A DNA stretch of 64,000 nt, taken from positions 19,346,001-19,410,000 of the forward strand of contig NC_087250.1 of NCBI RefSeq assembly GCF_037042905.1, written 5' to 3'. The DNA is from Lytechinus pictus. Taxonomy: Eukaryota. The position numbers and the translations under genes are program-made. Below are positions 24,724 to 38,285 of the stretch, one piece after another. The notes under the pieces were generated by a model, which did no database searches, was not told where the DNA came from, and was given only the letters and a program-made list of their open reading frames with translations. Numbering within the stretch: the stretch's first letter is position 1; each line of letters starts with the position of its first letter.

Positions 24724-26189
24724 GGGGGGTATTCTGAAAAGTCTCTTAAGTCTCCACTTAAGTTTCCTCATAAGTTACCCATTTAATGGAGCGCTAATGT
24801 ACCTCCAAATTCGTATTCTGAAAACTCTATTAGCGCTCAATTAACTCCCTTTAGGCCACGCCCCTACTGAGCCGAATTAGCCAATCAAATGCGCTCTTAC
24901 AACGTAAAATTTTCTCCCAGCGCGTAGTGTCTCTTCACTTTGCTGGCTTGCAGCGCAGCGCCCGGCTGCTGCAGGTGGACTGCACCACGATATTGATACA
25001 AAATTTTTTTGCTGAAAAATAATGCTAAAAGCATTTGCATCGGAGATTAACAGGAGGGTCATTATGTTGTTGAAGCTAACTGTTGTCTTTTCCCTTTCTC
25101 TCATTTATTGTACCTTTGTGATTTTCTCTTTTTTTTCGAACGCGTTCTGATTTCACATCCACCTATTGTAGCTTTCTTTGTTTTGTTTTTTTTACAATAT
25201 TTTATTTGCCTCTGTCTCGGGGTCATGATGGGGGGGGGGTTCTTCTTTAACTTAATTCCTACTTATTTTAAAAATAACATACTTTTCATTTTTATGAGAA
25301 ATCTTCTTCAACAAAATGCTGATTTGAATAAAATGATTTTAAAAATCAAACTAGCATAATCGTTAAAAAAGCCGAAATTTTATTGAAATTGGATGTACAA
25401 ATGTTATGATATTTAAGATTTTATAGGTGGGGAAAACGATGGCATCCCTCACTATTTTTTTTCTTTTGTACCAAAGGGGTCAATGCTTATTTTTTCATTG
25501 TCGGAAACAAGGTTTGATTCCCCCCTGAACATTGCTGCATCTATTGTTACTTGGCAATCTCATTATTGTCAAAATAATGTGCAAAAATACTTTATGATGC
25601 TTATAATAAAAGAAAATATAGAAAAATAATAGTCATATTTCCCCTATAAGTACACAATTTCTGTTTTCTTTTTCCTTCTTTTCTAATTTCTTTATTACCA
25701 AATATAGCCCCCATTCCTTATTTTACTTGTATAAATTGTGAATATTTTTTGAACAAATTTAAGCCTGAAACATATTGTTTAAAAGTCCGCCAAGTTTGGA
25801 CACCCATACCACCTTCTTTCCCTTTATTCCCTTTTTATACCTTTCTCCTTTATTCTCTTGCTTCCTCCTAAATTTGGTCGCAGTATTAAACCGATTTGAT
25901 GATATTTATACGAAATGAAAGCCACATTTAGCAAGAGAAAATGAGACTTAATGGACCTCTTATCACCATTATCTTTCCCCACTGGAAAGTCCGCTAATTG
26001 AGCGCTAAGAGACTTTTCAGAATACCAAAAGTCTCGTAACTACTCAATTAAGTCTTCGCGCGGTCATAACGCGTACTGTTGCAAGTGCGCGCAACGCAAC
26101 CCTGCCAAATAAGGAAAGGGGCACTTAAGTGACTTTTCAGAATACCAAAATGCTAATTGAGTGCTAATTGAGCTTTCAGAATACCGCCC
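24724..26189. mobile_element. PIF/Harbinger-like non-autonomous element, 3-bp TSD CAT
   Basis: cat|ggggggtattctgaaa ... tttcagaataccgccc|cat; removing it restores the host TIR. Confidence 0.85.
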
Positions 26190-26339
26190 CATATCTATAA
26201 GTCTTTTCCCCCAAAGTGCTACATTTTTTATTTGGCAGCCAATTCAAAAGTGTATAGTTTTTTGGGACGCACTGTATTAAATTCTGTAAAAAAGTCATTT
26301 TGAGATCGTTCCCACAACTGGAATTTTTTTAAATAAAAT

Positions 26340-26880
26340 ATTATAAATTGTGAAAGTTTGCACTAAATAGTCGAAATAATTGTGAATGTTTCTATCAAAA
26401 AATAGAAATTGTGAAAGTTTGCATCGGAGAGTAGAAATAAGTGTGAAAATTCGCACCAAATACATTAGAAAAAATTATGAAAGTCTGCATCAAAAAGTAG
26501 AAATAATTGTGAAATATGAAATATAGCATCAATAGTAGAAATAATTGTGAAAAATTGCATCAAATAGAGTTTGTCAAATTTTGCATCAAGAAATACTCAT
26601 AAAAGTTTGCATCAAAGAGTACAAATGATTAAAAAATTTTGAAAGTTTGAATCTAATACATAGCAGAAATAATTGTGAAAGTTTGCATCAAATCTAAATA
26701 TAAGAAGACTTAATGTATTAAATTGAGATGACCTTGGCCTAAAAAAATATAGATTGTCAAATTTTGCATCAACAAATACTTGTGAAAGTTTGCATCAAAG
26801 AGTACAAATAATTCAAAAATTGTGAAAGTTTGCATCTGATACACTGTAGAAGAAATAATTGTGAAAGTTTGCATCAAGAA
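26340..26880. repeat. Degenerate ~32-bp tandem repeat (agtagaaataattgtgaaagtttgcatcaa), continuous with 18120-18181 across the nest
   Basis: Repeated gtgaaagtttgcatc motifs on both sides of the 18187-26330 insertion. Confidence 0.7.
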
Positions 26881-27486
26881 GACTTAATGGATTCAATTGA
26901 GATGGTCTTGGCCTAAGAAAAAAATCAGATTTTTGTTTCAAAATAAATTATGGATTTTCAATTTTTCTTTCTCTCTACCTCTTTGAAAGACTTTGATGCT
27001 CGAAGTAGGTTAAGCGTACAATCGTGTATGATCAAAGAGGATAGGAAATACAGGATCTCTCAGTCTCAACATCAAGAATCTCTCCATTTCAATCTGTTTT
27101 TGTTGAACATATATAAAGTACATTACATGTAGGGTCGGAAACTTTCCAGAAATTTTAGTGTAATTTATCTTTCATTTTGTCAAGGGTTAAGAAACTATCT
27201 TTCATTTACTAATTTAAATACATGTACATGTAATAACATTATTTTTTAAATTGGTTTTGTATTGTGAATATTTTCGTGAACAATTTTAAGCCTGATAAAT
27301 ATTTTTGAAATGTCCGCAAAGTTTGGACACCCCAAACTGAAGAGTGGAAGCACCGTACCGGTGTGGCTCGCGGGCCGCTGGGCTCCGACCGAGCAGACCA
27401 CCACAGTACCGTACCGGTACACTGAATTGTCTCTGCAGCATTCATGCCGTACCGTACCAGTCACACGTACCGGTACTGCGAGGTTT

Positions 27487-30400
27487 ACCTCAAGCGAAGT
27501 TCGTGCAGGCTCCACTCCACTTCACTACCTCTACACTACTCTCCACCTACCCAAACTTCGTGACCGTGAACTCCTTAGGATACTCCTAGAGGCAAAGGCA
27601 AAATACCAGAAATATTCTAAGAGTTTGGGAAAATATTCCACAAATTATTTTCCCAAACTCTTAGAATATTTCTGGTATTTTCTGAGCCATCCAATATAAT
27701 ATAAATATTTATGCTGTTTGACCTGCGACCAGCCGTGAATAATACGTGTGACTGTGAGGATTTAGATACTGGCCCAATAACCAATTTTGAGGATAACCGG
27801 AGGATGGACACAGAGTGAAATACGGGTGTAGAGTAAGAAATTAAGCTATTTTTCTTTCTCGTTATATTTTTTTCTATAATTGTTACAATAAATAACTTTT
27901 TTATCCCACCTTTGCCTCTATGAGTATCCGAACGAGTTCACGGTCCCGAAGTTCGGGTTGGTGGAGTGTATAGACTGTGGGATGGACAGGGAAAATGTAG
28001 TCTCTATAGTTTTTCATTTCTGTGGGGCGGCAAATGCAACCATGGTTCTTAGACATGATAATATGTAAAATATTATGTGTGAATACTTGCAACATGTTGC
28101 CATCGCTACATTCTGCTCCTGAACTCAAAATTAAAACAATAATATGCAAAATCATACCATTGATTCGACTGGAAATTCCGACATTCACCTCGTGTGTTAA
28201 GGATTTCCGCGAACGAGCGCAAGCGTGTACAATGCATGTAACCCCGTTCGCGTTAATTTTTTTATTCGCTGTACATGCTATACGTTATATACAAATTCTA
28301 TGATGGCGGATAAGATGTCGTCATCTTCGTCGTGTTTTGACAGCGAAAATGACGATTTACCACCAGCAAATATATGCTACATGCACGTCTTACCCAAGGA
28401 GAGAGGGCCAGTAAATTTCTTTCAAATAAAGAGCTAGAAAAAATTCAATCCTTTGCTGCATTCGTTGAATTAGACTACCTGGGACTTCGGAATAAAAATA
28501 GCTATTCGTGCAGCAGCAGAGAAGTTTGCGATTGACTTGCAACCCGGCCCCTGGAGCAGTGGCGCAAGCTGTCCCCCCTGGCAGAGTTCACCGGGAAATG
28601 AAAAAAAAGGGGGAGAAAGAAAGGGAAAGGAAAAAAAAGAGGAAGGGGGGAAAGGGGAAAGAAAACTAAGAAAAAACATAAAAAGTGAAAACTGGAAAAG
28701 GAAGGAAAGAAGAACAGTTAGATTGTCATGATGAGGTGATTTTTTTAAAAATCTCGCTCGCTTCGCTCGCTCGGGACTTATATAAAGCTACTTCTTGCCA
28801 CACGCGCCATACTGGGCCCCCTCGAGCATAGAGCTTCGCCGATGGTCGCGCATGCAAAATCATAACAAAAATCCTGTTCACCTTGACGTACAGACCAAGA
28901 AAAAAATAGAGAACAGGGTGAAATATATTATCTTCTTTAACATTATGTCAAAATCTATCACAAAATTGGATTTTTGTAATAAAAATGTCAAAATTTTTGC
29001 TCACTCGCATTCTTTTTTTTACCCGATACACCATATCGCCCCTCAAAATGTTGCCTCATGACGCAATTGCTTGTTCCATGATTGCCTGTTCCACCCCCCC
29101 CCCCCCCCTTTTGAGAAGCAAAAACAAAACTATTGTAATGTAAAAATGCCATTAAAACAGAGGTGTGCCCCCTCTTTTGAAATTTAAGACTTTTTTTTGC
29201 TTTTTTTCATGTACGAAATATACTTAATTTATGGTTGAAAACATTTTTTTTTTTTTTTTTGCTTGTCATTTTTTCGGGTACGAAATATCCTTCAGTTGTG
29301 GTTGAAAACCTCTTTTTTTTTTGGGGGGGGGGCTTGTCAAAATTTTCCTCTGAAAAATTGGCCCCCCTCTTTTGGAAAATCCTGGATCTGCCCCTGATAA
29401 GACCAGGAAACGTTATAGACGTCACGTGTTACATGCATTAGCGTACCTATGGGGGTGTGGGGGGTGGGCAGAGTGCCCCCCCTGATGAGTCACAACTCAT
29501 GCAAGGGACGTATGCCTGCCCCCCTGACGAGTCACAACTGATCTCTGCCGAGCCACAAGTGGCCTGCTCCTTGAACTTGAAGTCCTTTTTTTTTTTTGCT
29601 TGTCAAATTTATTTCTGGTACGAAATCCTTTATTTGTGGTGAAAAACTATTTTTTTGGGGGGGGGGCTTGTCAAATTTTTTGGCGGACGAATTTGCCCCC
29701 CCTTTGAAAAATCCTATGTACGCCACATCTTGCCCAGAGCCAGGTCAAACATCGTTCGTATCACCAGCATTCCAGCAATCAAGCGATCGAAGGTGAAAAA
29801 GATACAAAGGATGATTTTGAAGATGGTGATGTTTGTGACAGCGATCTTTGTCCATGCCAAAAATGTTTCACTTTGTGCTCTTGCATTTCATTCTCTGCAA
29901 AAGTGAAGCAGTGCAAACTTTTATGATTTTTGTATCGGGCCTCTTCCAATGACGAGTGGATACCATGCACGACCATGGGGTCTCGAAAAGCACCCTAAAC
30001 ACTTATTTTCTATATTCTGAAAATGCACCCCTTAACAAGTATTGGCGTGTGAAATCCTACCCTTAACAAGTATTGGAAACAAAACTTCAAAAGATTTTCT
30101 TGGCAAGTATTCCCTAAAATGAACCCCTAAACAAGTACAGTGATATTTTATTGTTATGTCACTGGTCCGTCGGTCGTCGGTTTTACCTTTACACATCATT
30201 TGGTTTAGTATGGCACCACCTTCCACACCTCGTGCAAATCGGACTCTAAACATGTAGTGTTGGGGCAAAAAGGACATCCTTTATTAAACATTTTAATTTT
30301 GTTTTATCACCCCCGCAAATTTGACCCTAAACACGTAGCTTTCCTAGCGAAATAGATACCCTTTTTCATTATTTTCCTGTTTTTGACACACTTATCACGT

Positions 30401-30549
30401 TACGTACGTAACGTGCCCTATCTTGAAAAAGACATCCTTTTTACATGTTTTTTTGGTCGCGCATGGTATCCACTCGTCAATGTAAGTAGCCCCCCTGGGT
30501 GTAGCGGTAGTGAAGTGGAGTAGAGCCTGCACGAACTTCGCTCGAGGTA
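27487..30549. mobile_element. Long-TIR MITE whose right TIR is split by later insertions; a further right-TIR copy ends at ~33305
   Basis: tacctcaagcgaagttcgtgcaggctccact... (27487-27600) is complemented by ~27909-27970 and 30499-30549; similar sequence at ~33236-33305. Confidence 0.65.
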
Positions 30550-33387
30550 ACCAGGGGCCTGTTGCATGAAATGGTCTTTGGTAGAACCGCTCTACGTAAG
30601 ACCGAGATATCGCTCAACTATTTCACAAAGCCGATCATTGGGCTAAACGAAGAATGGTCCTTGGAAAGACACCTCAAGACATGTCCTACGTAGTCATGAT
30701 CTTCTTTGGACACCGCCCGCCACCGTCGGCATTGAGAGAAAATGCGTTTATGGCAAGCCACACTGATATATCACCTTTAAACATTTTGGGAGGTCCTTCG
30801 ATTGCACTCAGATGCATTTTATCTTGGATGGGGCTTGGATGGCGATCATGGCGCCAAGTTACGTGGCTGGCATCAAATTAAAAACAGAGGTCATTTTTCT
30901 CCGAGGTAATCTATAGGCCCGAATAATTTTTTTTTTAAATATGCTTTCTGTTATTTCCTCACATCATTTTCTCCCTCTTTCCCCACCCCTTTTCCATTTT
31001 TTTTAAACCAAACTTGAAATATCGAAATGGGCGGCAACCTCTCAGCTCTGACCCCCATGCTTTATCATTAGATGAATATTATGAAAAAATATGTATGGTA
31101 AAGTAAACATGTGTTTATTACGTTCAGCAAAAAAAAAATGAAATAAAATAAAACATGATACAAAACTGAGATGTTACTAAGCATGCTAAATCATTTCTCT
31201 ATCTGTTTATATATATATTTAATTTATTTTCTTTATCATGACTATTTTTTTGCTGAGATTTATGTCAATCAATGAGAATTGTTGAATTGGTGTTAAGGTG
31301 ATGAATGAAAAAAAAATCTGCCAGTAACAAAATAACTAATTGAATTAAAAATATTAGGCCTATACATGTAGCTTATGAATCCATCACAATCATTACAAAT
31401 AAAGTTAAGTTCATTGTACCTATGATGATAGACAGGGTTGTGGAAAGTCCATACGAAAAGGCTCATCGTAGTATGTCTCGACTCCTTAAAGGACAAGTCC
31501 ACCCCAACAAAGAGCTAATTTGAATAGAAAGAGAAAAATCAAACAAGCATGCACTGATAATTTCATCAAAATCGGATGTAAAATAAAAAAGTTATAACAT
31601 TTTAAAGTTTCGCCTAATTTCTCAAAAGAGTTATATGCACATTCTGTTCGGTATGCAAATGAGGGGACAGATGACATCACCCACTCACTATTTCTTTTGT
31701 ATTTTATTATATAAAATATGAAATATTTTGATTTTCTCGTCATTGTCATGTGAAACAAAGTTTCATTCCTCCGTGAACACATGAAATTCCATTATTTTAA
31801 CATTTTGTGGTTCAAGCAAGGGGGTCCTAATTGTCAAATTGGTAAAAATTGAAATATTGTATAATTTAAACAATAAAAAACAAAAGAAATAGTGAGTGAG
31901 TGACATCATCAACTCTCATTTGCATATCACCGAGTTGAGCATAGAACTGTTTTGTGAAAAATAAGCGAAACTTTAAAATGTCATAACTTTCTTATTTTAC
32001 ATCCGATTTTTATGAAGTTTTCAGCATTATTCATGTTTGATATTTCTCTATTTATTTAAATCGACTTTTTTCTGGGGTGGACTTGACCTTTAACTTTGAA
32101 ATGTTGAGCATATATTTTTTTTTTAAATTATCAAAGCTTATGTTATATTAACTTCCATAAAGTTATCAACTTTAAACGTTTATGATCATTGTGATTTTAG
32201 CATTGTTTCTGTAAAAAGTAATTTCCCCCGTTCAATTGATTTCACATATTTTTCTATGTTTTATTATTGTAGTGCTACTATACCACCTTGACAAGTTTGC
32301 AGCAAGTTTCATATTTTGATTGTCCTCGGTTACTGAAACTTAATTTTCATGCAAATGTATGTTTATACTCTAAACACTCACATTTGTATTTCTTGCGTTA
32401 TATCTGATGAATGAAATAAATAAATTCGATTTTTCACACGCAGCCTCTCATATTTTCCTTTTTAAATTATAGTCTCATACAATCAGACACGTTGATTATG
32501 TTTACACCATTCAAACCCCATTTTTACATCAACAAATAACATTTAAAGCATAATTTGCAAAATTATCACTTTAAGTTTAGATAAGTATTCTATAAAAAAT
32601 CAGAATATTGAAATAATACAATGCCGAAATTAATTAGTTACTTTAATTTTTATTTTCGGACAAGGGTCTCTTTCGTTGGAATATCAATGAAAGGTGTCCT
32701 TAAAAAAAAAGGGCACCTTGTCCTTGAAAAGAGGAAATAATGAAAATTTCGATTTTATCCAGGTAGGCCTATGTTTGTGAAACTTCAATTTTTGTTCTCC
32801 TTTTTTTTAGTCTTACCTCAGTCAAACAAGTGATCTCCATACATCATTTCTACTATCGGTAACAAACAAATTATTTGAGCTCCATTAATTGAAATAAATG
32901 ATTTTTTGATAAGTCGTCATTTCGAAATAAATCAATGGTTCAGCCTTCAGTTCAGGTGAAGATGAAGACTAAATATTTTTCTGATAATATCGAAATAATA
33001 TGGATATCAAACGATGTCGCGGACTTGGAAGACAAGAATGCCTTCGTGAAACGGAAAGCGCCGATTTGTCGCCAATCTTCCTATCTCAGAAGAATGGTCC
33101 TAGGAGTAGGACTAGGAGTAGGAGTAGGACGTTCCTATACGTATCGCTCCTCTCGCCGTGCAACAGGCCCCGGCCATAGTCCTACCCGTAGATTCCCCAC
33201 ACTCACAGGCAGGATGGTTGGGGGTGTAGTGGGCCAGTGTAGCGGTAGTGAAGTGCAGTGGAGCCTGCACGAACTTCGCTCGATCTCGAGCCTCGCCTCG
33301 AGGTAGGTACACAGATTCACGTCTTACTCTTATTTACTAGATCTATATACTGCAGATCTGTAACTAAATCATAGTGAAAAAACTCAC

Positions 33388-33520
33388 CAGACTCTGTCTC
33401 AAAAAGATTCAAGTCAGCTGTGCCTATGCCTTTTGGCTGCGAAATTTATAAGGTCTCCATTTCTGTTGACTAAATAAGCGCGGCTAGCCGGCCGCGCTCG
33501 TGTCGACTGTCGTCGATGTC
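33388..33520 (-). promoter_or_regulatory. Candidate promoter / non-coding first exon of ZNF gene copy A
   Basis: CpG-rich patch (33478-33525) followed on the minus strand by the strong donor CTG|GTGAGT at 33388; lies just before copy-B homology begins (~34.0-34.3 kb). Confidence 0.4.
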
Positions 33521-34681
33521 CGGGCTTTTTTCTTTTCATGATTTGTATTATTAAGCATACGGTAACATGAAATGTACGGAAAGCAATTTGTCCAAGAAAA
33601 AATTTATCATAAGGTGTCACGCGCGTAAAACATTCCCCATAGACTTGTGTGTTAAAATGGCACTTCTGAAAAATTCATTAAAAAATAAACGTGAAATTAG
33701 AGGGTCGAATGCCTACTACTGTTGGATAGGATATATATCTGACCAGAGAAGAGTATCGTAGCCAGCTCATTTTACTAATAAATCGCCATTTATGAAGATA
33801 ACTATGATAGAATAAAATTTATGAGCTATTCGAAACAGTAAAATTGCCCCAATTCTTCCGCCAGTCAAAAAATAGTTCCAAATTCATTGATATATCTTCC
33901 CAATTTGGGGAAATGAAGTTCAGTAGTTACCATTTCTAGAATCAGTGTTAGATTTTCGATTATATTCATATACTTTTGTCAATCAACAATATAAAATGTG
34001 AATGGGTTAATTGGGTCGAACAAATATCTTTAGCCTAATTAGGAGACTGAATGGGGGTGGGGGGTGGCTGAGTATGATCTCGGCTATCGATCATGCAAAC
34101 GCGACAAAAATTGGCATGTACGTTACCCATGTCATGGCATAATCTACAAAACTAGAAGTCCCTAGCCTAATATTATAGAAAAAGATCAAACTCTTCAAAA
34201 ATCCAATTGATCAAAACTGCTTAATTATTCATTTATTCGTAAAATCATAAGTATGCTCTATCTAACTAAATAATGCCCCTAAATGCTAATTTTTGGTTCA
34301 GAGACTCTTTATAGAAACCTGATGAAAACTTGTGTATTTTTTTTTTTTTTCTTATGTATTTCTGTTTTTAATTCTTGTTTTTTCATTGGAAATTGTCGGG
34401 GACTCATGACGAAAAACCTCCATTTGAGAATACTATACCCCAGTTTCTTCTTCACCAATTCTCTTCTCCAAGTACTATAAGCCCGAACTAGCTAGCTGCC
34501 CCAAGCAGCAATCGGTCCGAAGATATATAGCACGACAGCCCAGCACATACAGTCACAGCAGGGGGCCACACACGATGGATTGCAACGTGTCTAAGGCTGC
34601 GTTTATGCGACCTCAATCCAGAATCATGATTTGAATCATGATTTGAATCATGATTCAAAACACAAACATGAATCACGATAT

Positions 34682-37600
34682 TGTGACGCGGGCCACCCCA
34701 AGGGCTCTCTCTCTACAACTCTAAAAGTATTTGCTGCCACCACATGTTTTTAGAGGGACATGACCCCTGGATCAACTGAGGAGTATTCAGTTGATCCCAA
34801 TTTGAAAGTTAAACTACGTCATAAAATCAAGTGACGTAATAGTACAAGACTTTAACAAGAGCGAGAATTCTAATTAATCAGATATGCACACGTGACAGAA
34901 ATGCATACCACTGATTGGCTAAGAGTTTTGCGTGCCTGGGCCTTTAACTAATTTTCCCCAGACCATGCTTTCAAACTACAATCTCAAGCCGCTCATCCGT
35001 TGTGCTCTACAAGACCGAAGAGAAAGTTCACCAAGATGTCCGTTTTAAGTGCAACAAGCTTCATTTAAACTGAGCAAGAGACAATTCAAGACTTCTTGGT
35101 AAATATTCTGTACTAAATTAATTGGTATAATTTGTAATAATTGACTTGAATTCATCTCGGTCTTTTACTCGTCTCTGCAACTTGCTCTCGTCATACACAC
35201 GTGTACTATTAATCAATGCACGTAAACCACCACATGCTCCGTACTTTGACAATTTCTCGCACATGCACTAGACTGGCCATGTATAAGCAGCCATTCTCAA
35301 CTCGTATCGGGCCTCTCATTGCACTGTCTTAGCCTCTCGCTTTTACAGTCTCGTACTTCTCCCATTCCAAGCAAGGTTCGATGGCTTAAAAGGGTCATTT
35401 GCATCAAGCAAACTTTGGCTAAATAATTTACTCTCAATCTTGTCTCGTGATCATCATTCATCTTAACTACTATTGGTCAGGCAGTGCTGCAATAAATTAA
35501 TCTAAGAATGCTTTGTAATAACATGTAACTTGAACTTTAATATAAAATTGCTGTTTGTAGTCTGCTACATTTCAACGTTTATACATCTATTTACATTGAG
35601 CTCAGGACAATCCGACATAGTAAACTGGTTCACCCCAAGAGAAGTGAAAATTCTATAAGCCTAAGGTACATTAGATTAATTTCACATTCCTTACTTTCTA
35701 TTTCAAATTCATTCATACCATAGCTTATCTCCGAGTAGGCCTGTTATTATAACTCGCGGTCTTCCAAACAAATCCATCCTAGTTTCTTAGTTAGTTTTAT
35801 CTCTTCTTTTCCAATTCAATTTCCTAAAACATGTTGATGCGACCAGCGCACAACACAACCTTTCCTTTTAATATAAAATTCCAATTGTCTCAAAACCAGA
35901 CCAACTCCAACACTCCCCTCCTGGGCGTAACCTGAACTCAAATAACTGGCCACAAACATGTAAACATGACCACTCTGTCGGTCCATGCCTACTAAACTTT
36001 CTAATCACCGTCGCTTATAGTAACTGGCCTCAGAGATGCTATCTCCCAGAAACTATGCAAAGAGAAATCTTTACTAAGAAACAACTTCCTGTGTTTAACC
36101 TGGACCATTACTTTCAGAGTTGAAACTCTAGTATCTCTTACATAGGTAAACATTAAATAAATTAAGCATGATGGTGCACTATGGGGGAGTTAGAGAGGGG
36201 TGGGGCATCTAAGTACTTCAATCCTGGTTTTTCCTCTGCTCATCATCATCAAAGATTATAGGCCTCCATGATGGCCTAAAAGAATGATCATCTCATCATA
36301 AATTGCTTTATGTTCTGTCTAATTCCATCGAATGATCATCAATAAGTTCATCACATTGCCATTCCTTGTCACTTTCCTCAGCACCTGGAACCTCTGGTTG
36401 TGATGGGGGAGGGGGGGGGGGTAGGGGGACTAGTGACACCACCAAGACTATCACACTTGAAAATTTAGTAAGCGTAAATCATTTCATTCACAACAAAAAA
36501 ATATATCCATGTAGTAATACAAAATGACCAAAGTATCTATACTTAAAAAATGTCGGTCTATGCAATGACCACAGTGTCTATACTTAGAATATTATTATAC
36601 CATGAATGACCAAAATGTCTATTCTTTGAATATTTTTGATCTATGAAATGAACAGTGTCTACACTTAGAATATTATTTGTACCATGAAATGACCAAAGTG
36701 TCCATTCTTAGAATATTTTTGATCTATGAAATGGCCAAGGTGTCAACACTTAAAAATATTATTTTCTACCATGAAATGACCAAAATGTCTATTCTTAGAA
36801 TATTTTTGATCTAAGAAATGAACACAGTGTCTACACTTAGAATATTTTTGATAACATGAAATGACCAAAGTGTCTATACTTAGAAAATGTTGATCTATGA
36901 AATGACCAAGGTGTCAATACTTAGAATATTTTGATCTATGAAATGACCAAGGTGTCAATACTTAGAATATTATCATACCATGAATGACCAAAATGTCTAT
37001 TCTTAGAATATTTTGATCTATGAAATGACCAAGGTGTCAATACTTAGAATATTTTGATCTATGATACATTCTATGGTGATTAATACATTAATTGGTACAA
37101 ATCATGAATTTAAGGCACTATGAGACACACTCAACTTCAGGGCTTAGCCAAAAGACTAAGAGTAAGTAATAAATTCAATGTTCAAGGTCTATAATAATTA
37201 AAGCCAGAGATATTTGTTAACAATGCCAGGGTCCCAGACCCTACACGTAACTGGTGCTGGAATCATCTTGTATTTAGTTGTTGATTCTATAATAAATAAT
37301 TACATACAATGAATGCAGTGAGTGATTGTTTTCTATCCATGTCCCAAGTAAGAGAACCAAAATAGTGACACTTAGAAAATTTTCGACTGAAAGGCCAAAA
37401 TAGTGACACTTAGAAAATTTTCGACTAAAAGGCCAAAATAGTGACACTTAGAACATTTTCGACTAAAAGGCCAAAATAGTGGCACTTAGAAAATGTTCAC
37501 CATTGTTCCAATCTAATGACAAAAACAATACAAGAATTCAGTTAAAATTATCTCAACATACACTTAATAGATCATTTAAATTATCTTCATTAGATATTAA

Positions 37601-38285
37601 AATACCTCTTGAATGAAATTTCTTACAAAACCCTCATTTTAAAATCCAGGGTTCAAGAATCAATTTTTCCTTCACAAAATCTTTCTTTCATCCTATAAAT
37701 TCTTTAAAATCAATTTTAGGAAGCAGTCTACATCAACCTCATATTTCTTTCTCCTATAGAATCACGATAAAGGATTACTTACAGTGTGAGATGTTCAAGA
37801 TTGAAATTGAGAAGAAAAGAAAATTGTTTACAGATGGAGATGACCGTGACCTCTCAAGATGGCGACTGGAACAAGTTGTGCCGAATTTGTGCCTCCCGCC
37901 CCGTATTTATACCCCAAAATCCTGTCCCCTGATTGGTCAAAAATACCCCGCCCAACGTGAAACTTCTATGACGTCACAATGCATGCGCGTCACTCATAGT
38001 CTGCCGACCAAAGGCCAATACCACTATGACGTCACAATCAATTCCAACCCTAACTATCACAGGACGTATAAAATGATGATTGCGGAAACGTGACAATCAG
38101 CCAGCTTCCCTGAAATACATTATTACTGGGAAATGTCAGAGGTAAGTACTAATTCTTCAGTTTATAATAACAGGGTGACAACTCAGCATGACATCTTCAT
38201 TTACAATTAATAATAATAGCCTTTCATAACAGCATCGTTCATCATAAGATTTTTTTTTTTTTGGGGGGGGGCAAAAACCGTCACA
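34682..38285 (-). mobile_element. 3.6-kb TG...CA element with 4-bp TSD ATAT (giant solo LTR or Ginger-like non-autonomous element)
   Basis: atat|tgtgacg ... cgtcaca|atat; no long ORF; internal ~42-bp (36520-37065) and 38-bp (37357-37495) tandem repeats. Confidence 0.8.
37777..38034 (-). promoter_or_regulatory. Pol II core promoter inside the TG...CA element
   Basis: Minus-strand order: CRE TGACGTCA (38027-34, 37969-76), GC box (37946-53), CCAAT (37932-36), TATAAATA (37904-11), YY1-type CGCCATCTTG (37855-64), donor GTAAGT (37777-82). Confidence 0.75.

Larger units (their letters stand above)
18981..26274. mobile_element. Tc1/mariner-type element with ~200-bp TIRs, TA TSD, carrying two nested insertions
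   Basis: ta|ctgtgcgtcccaaaaaa...ggctgccaaataaaaaatgtagcactttggggg at left; complement ...tttgggacgcactg|ta at right, with the right TIR split at 24724-26189. Confidence 0.85.
18187..26330. mobile_element. Old Kolobok-like (TTAA) element acting as host of a transposon nest
   Basis: ttaa|agctaaatgaacgtagttg at left and degenerate complement ...cacaactggaattttt|ttaa at right; host sequence resumes after each nested insert. Confidence 0.5.

Noticed and set aside
26968..27092. Possible extra 5' UTR exon of gene A
   Set aside because: Acceptor and donor are both weak; unsupported without transcripts.
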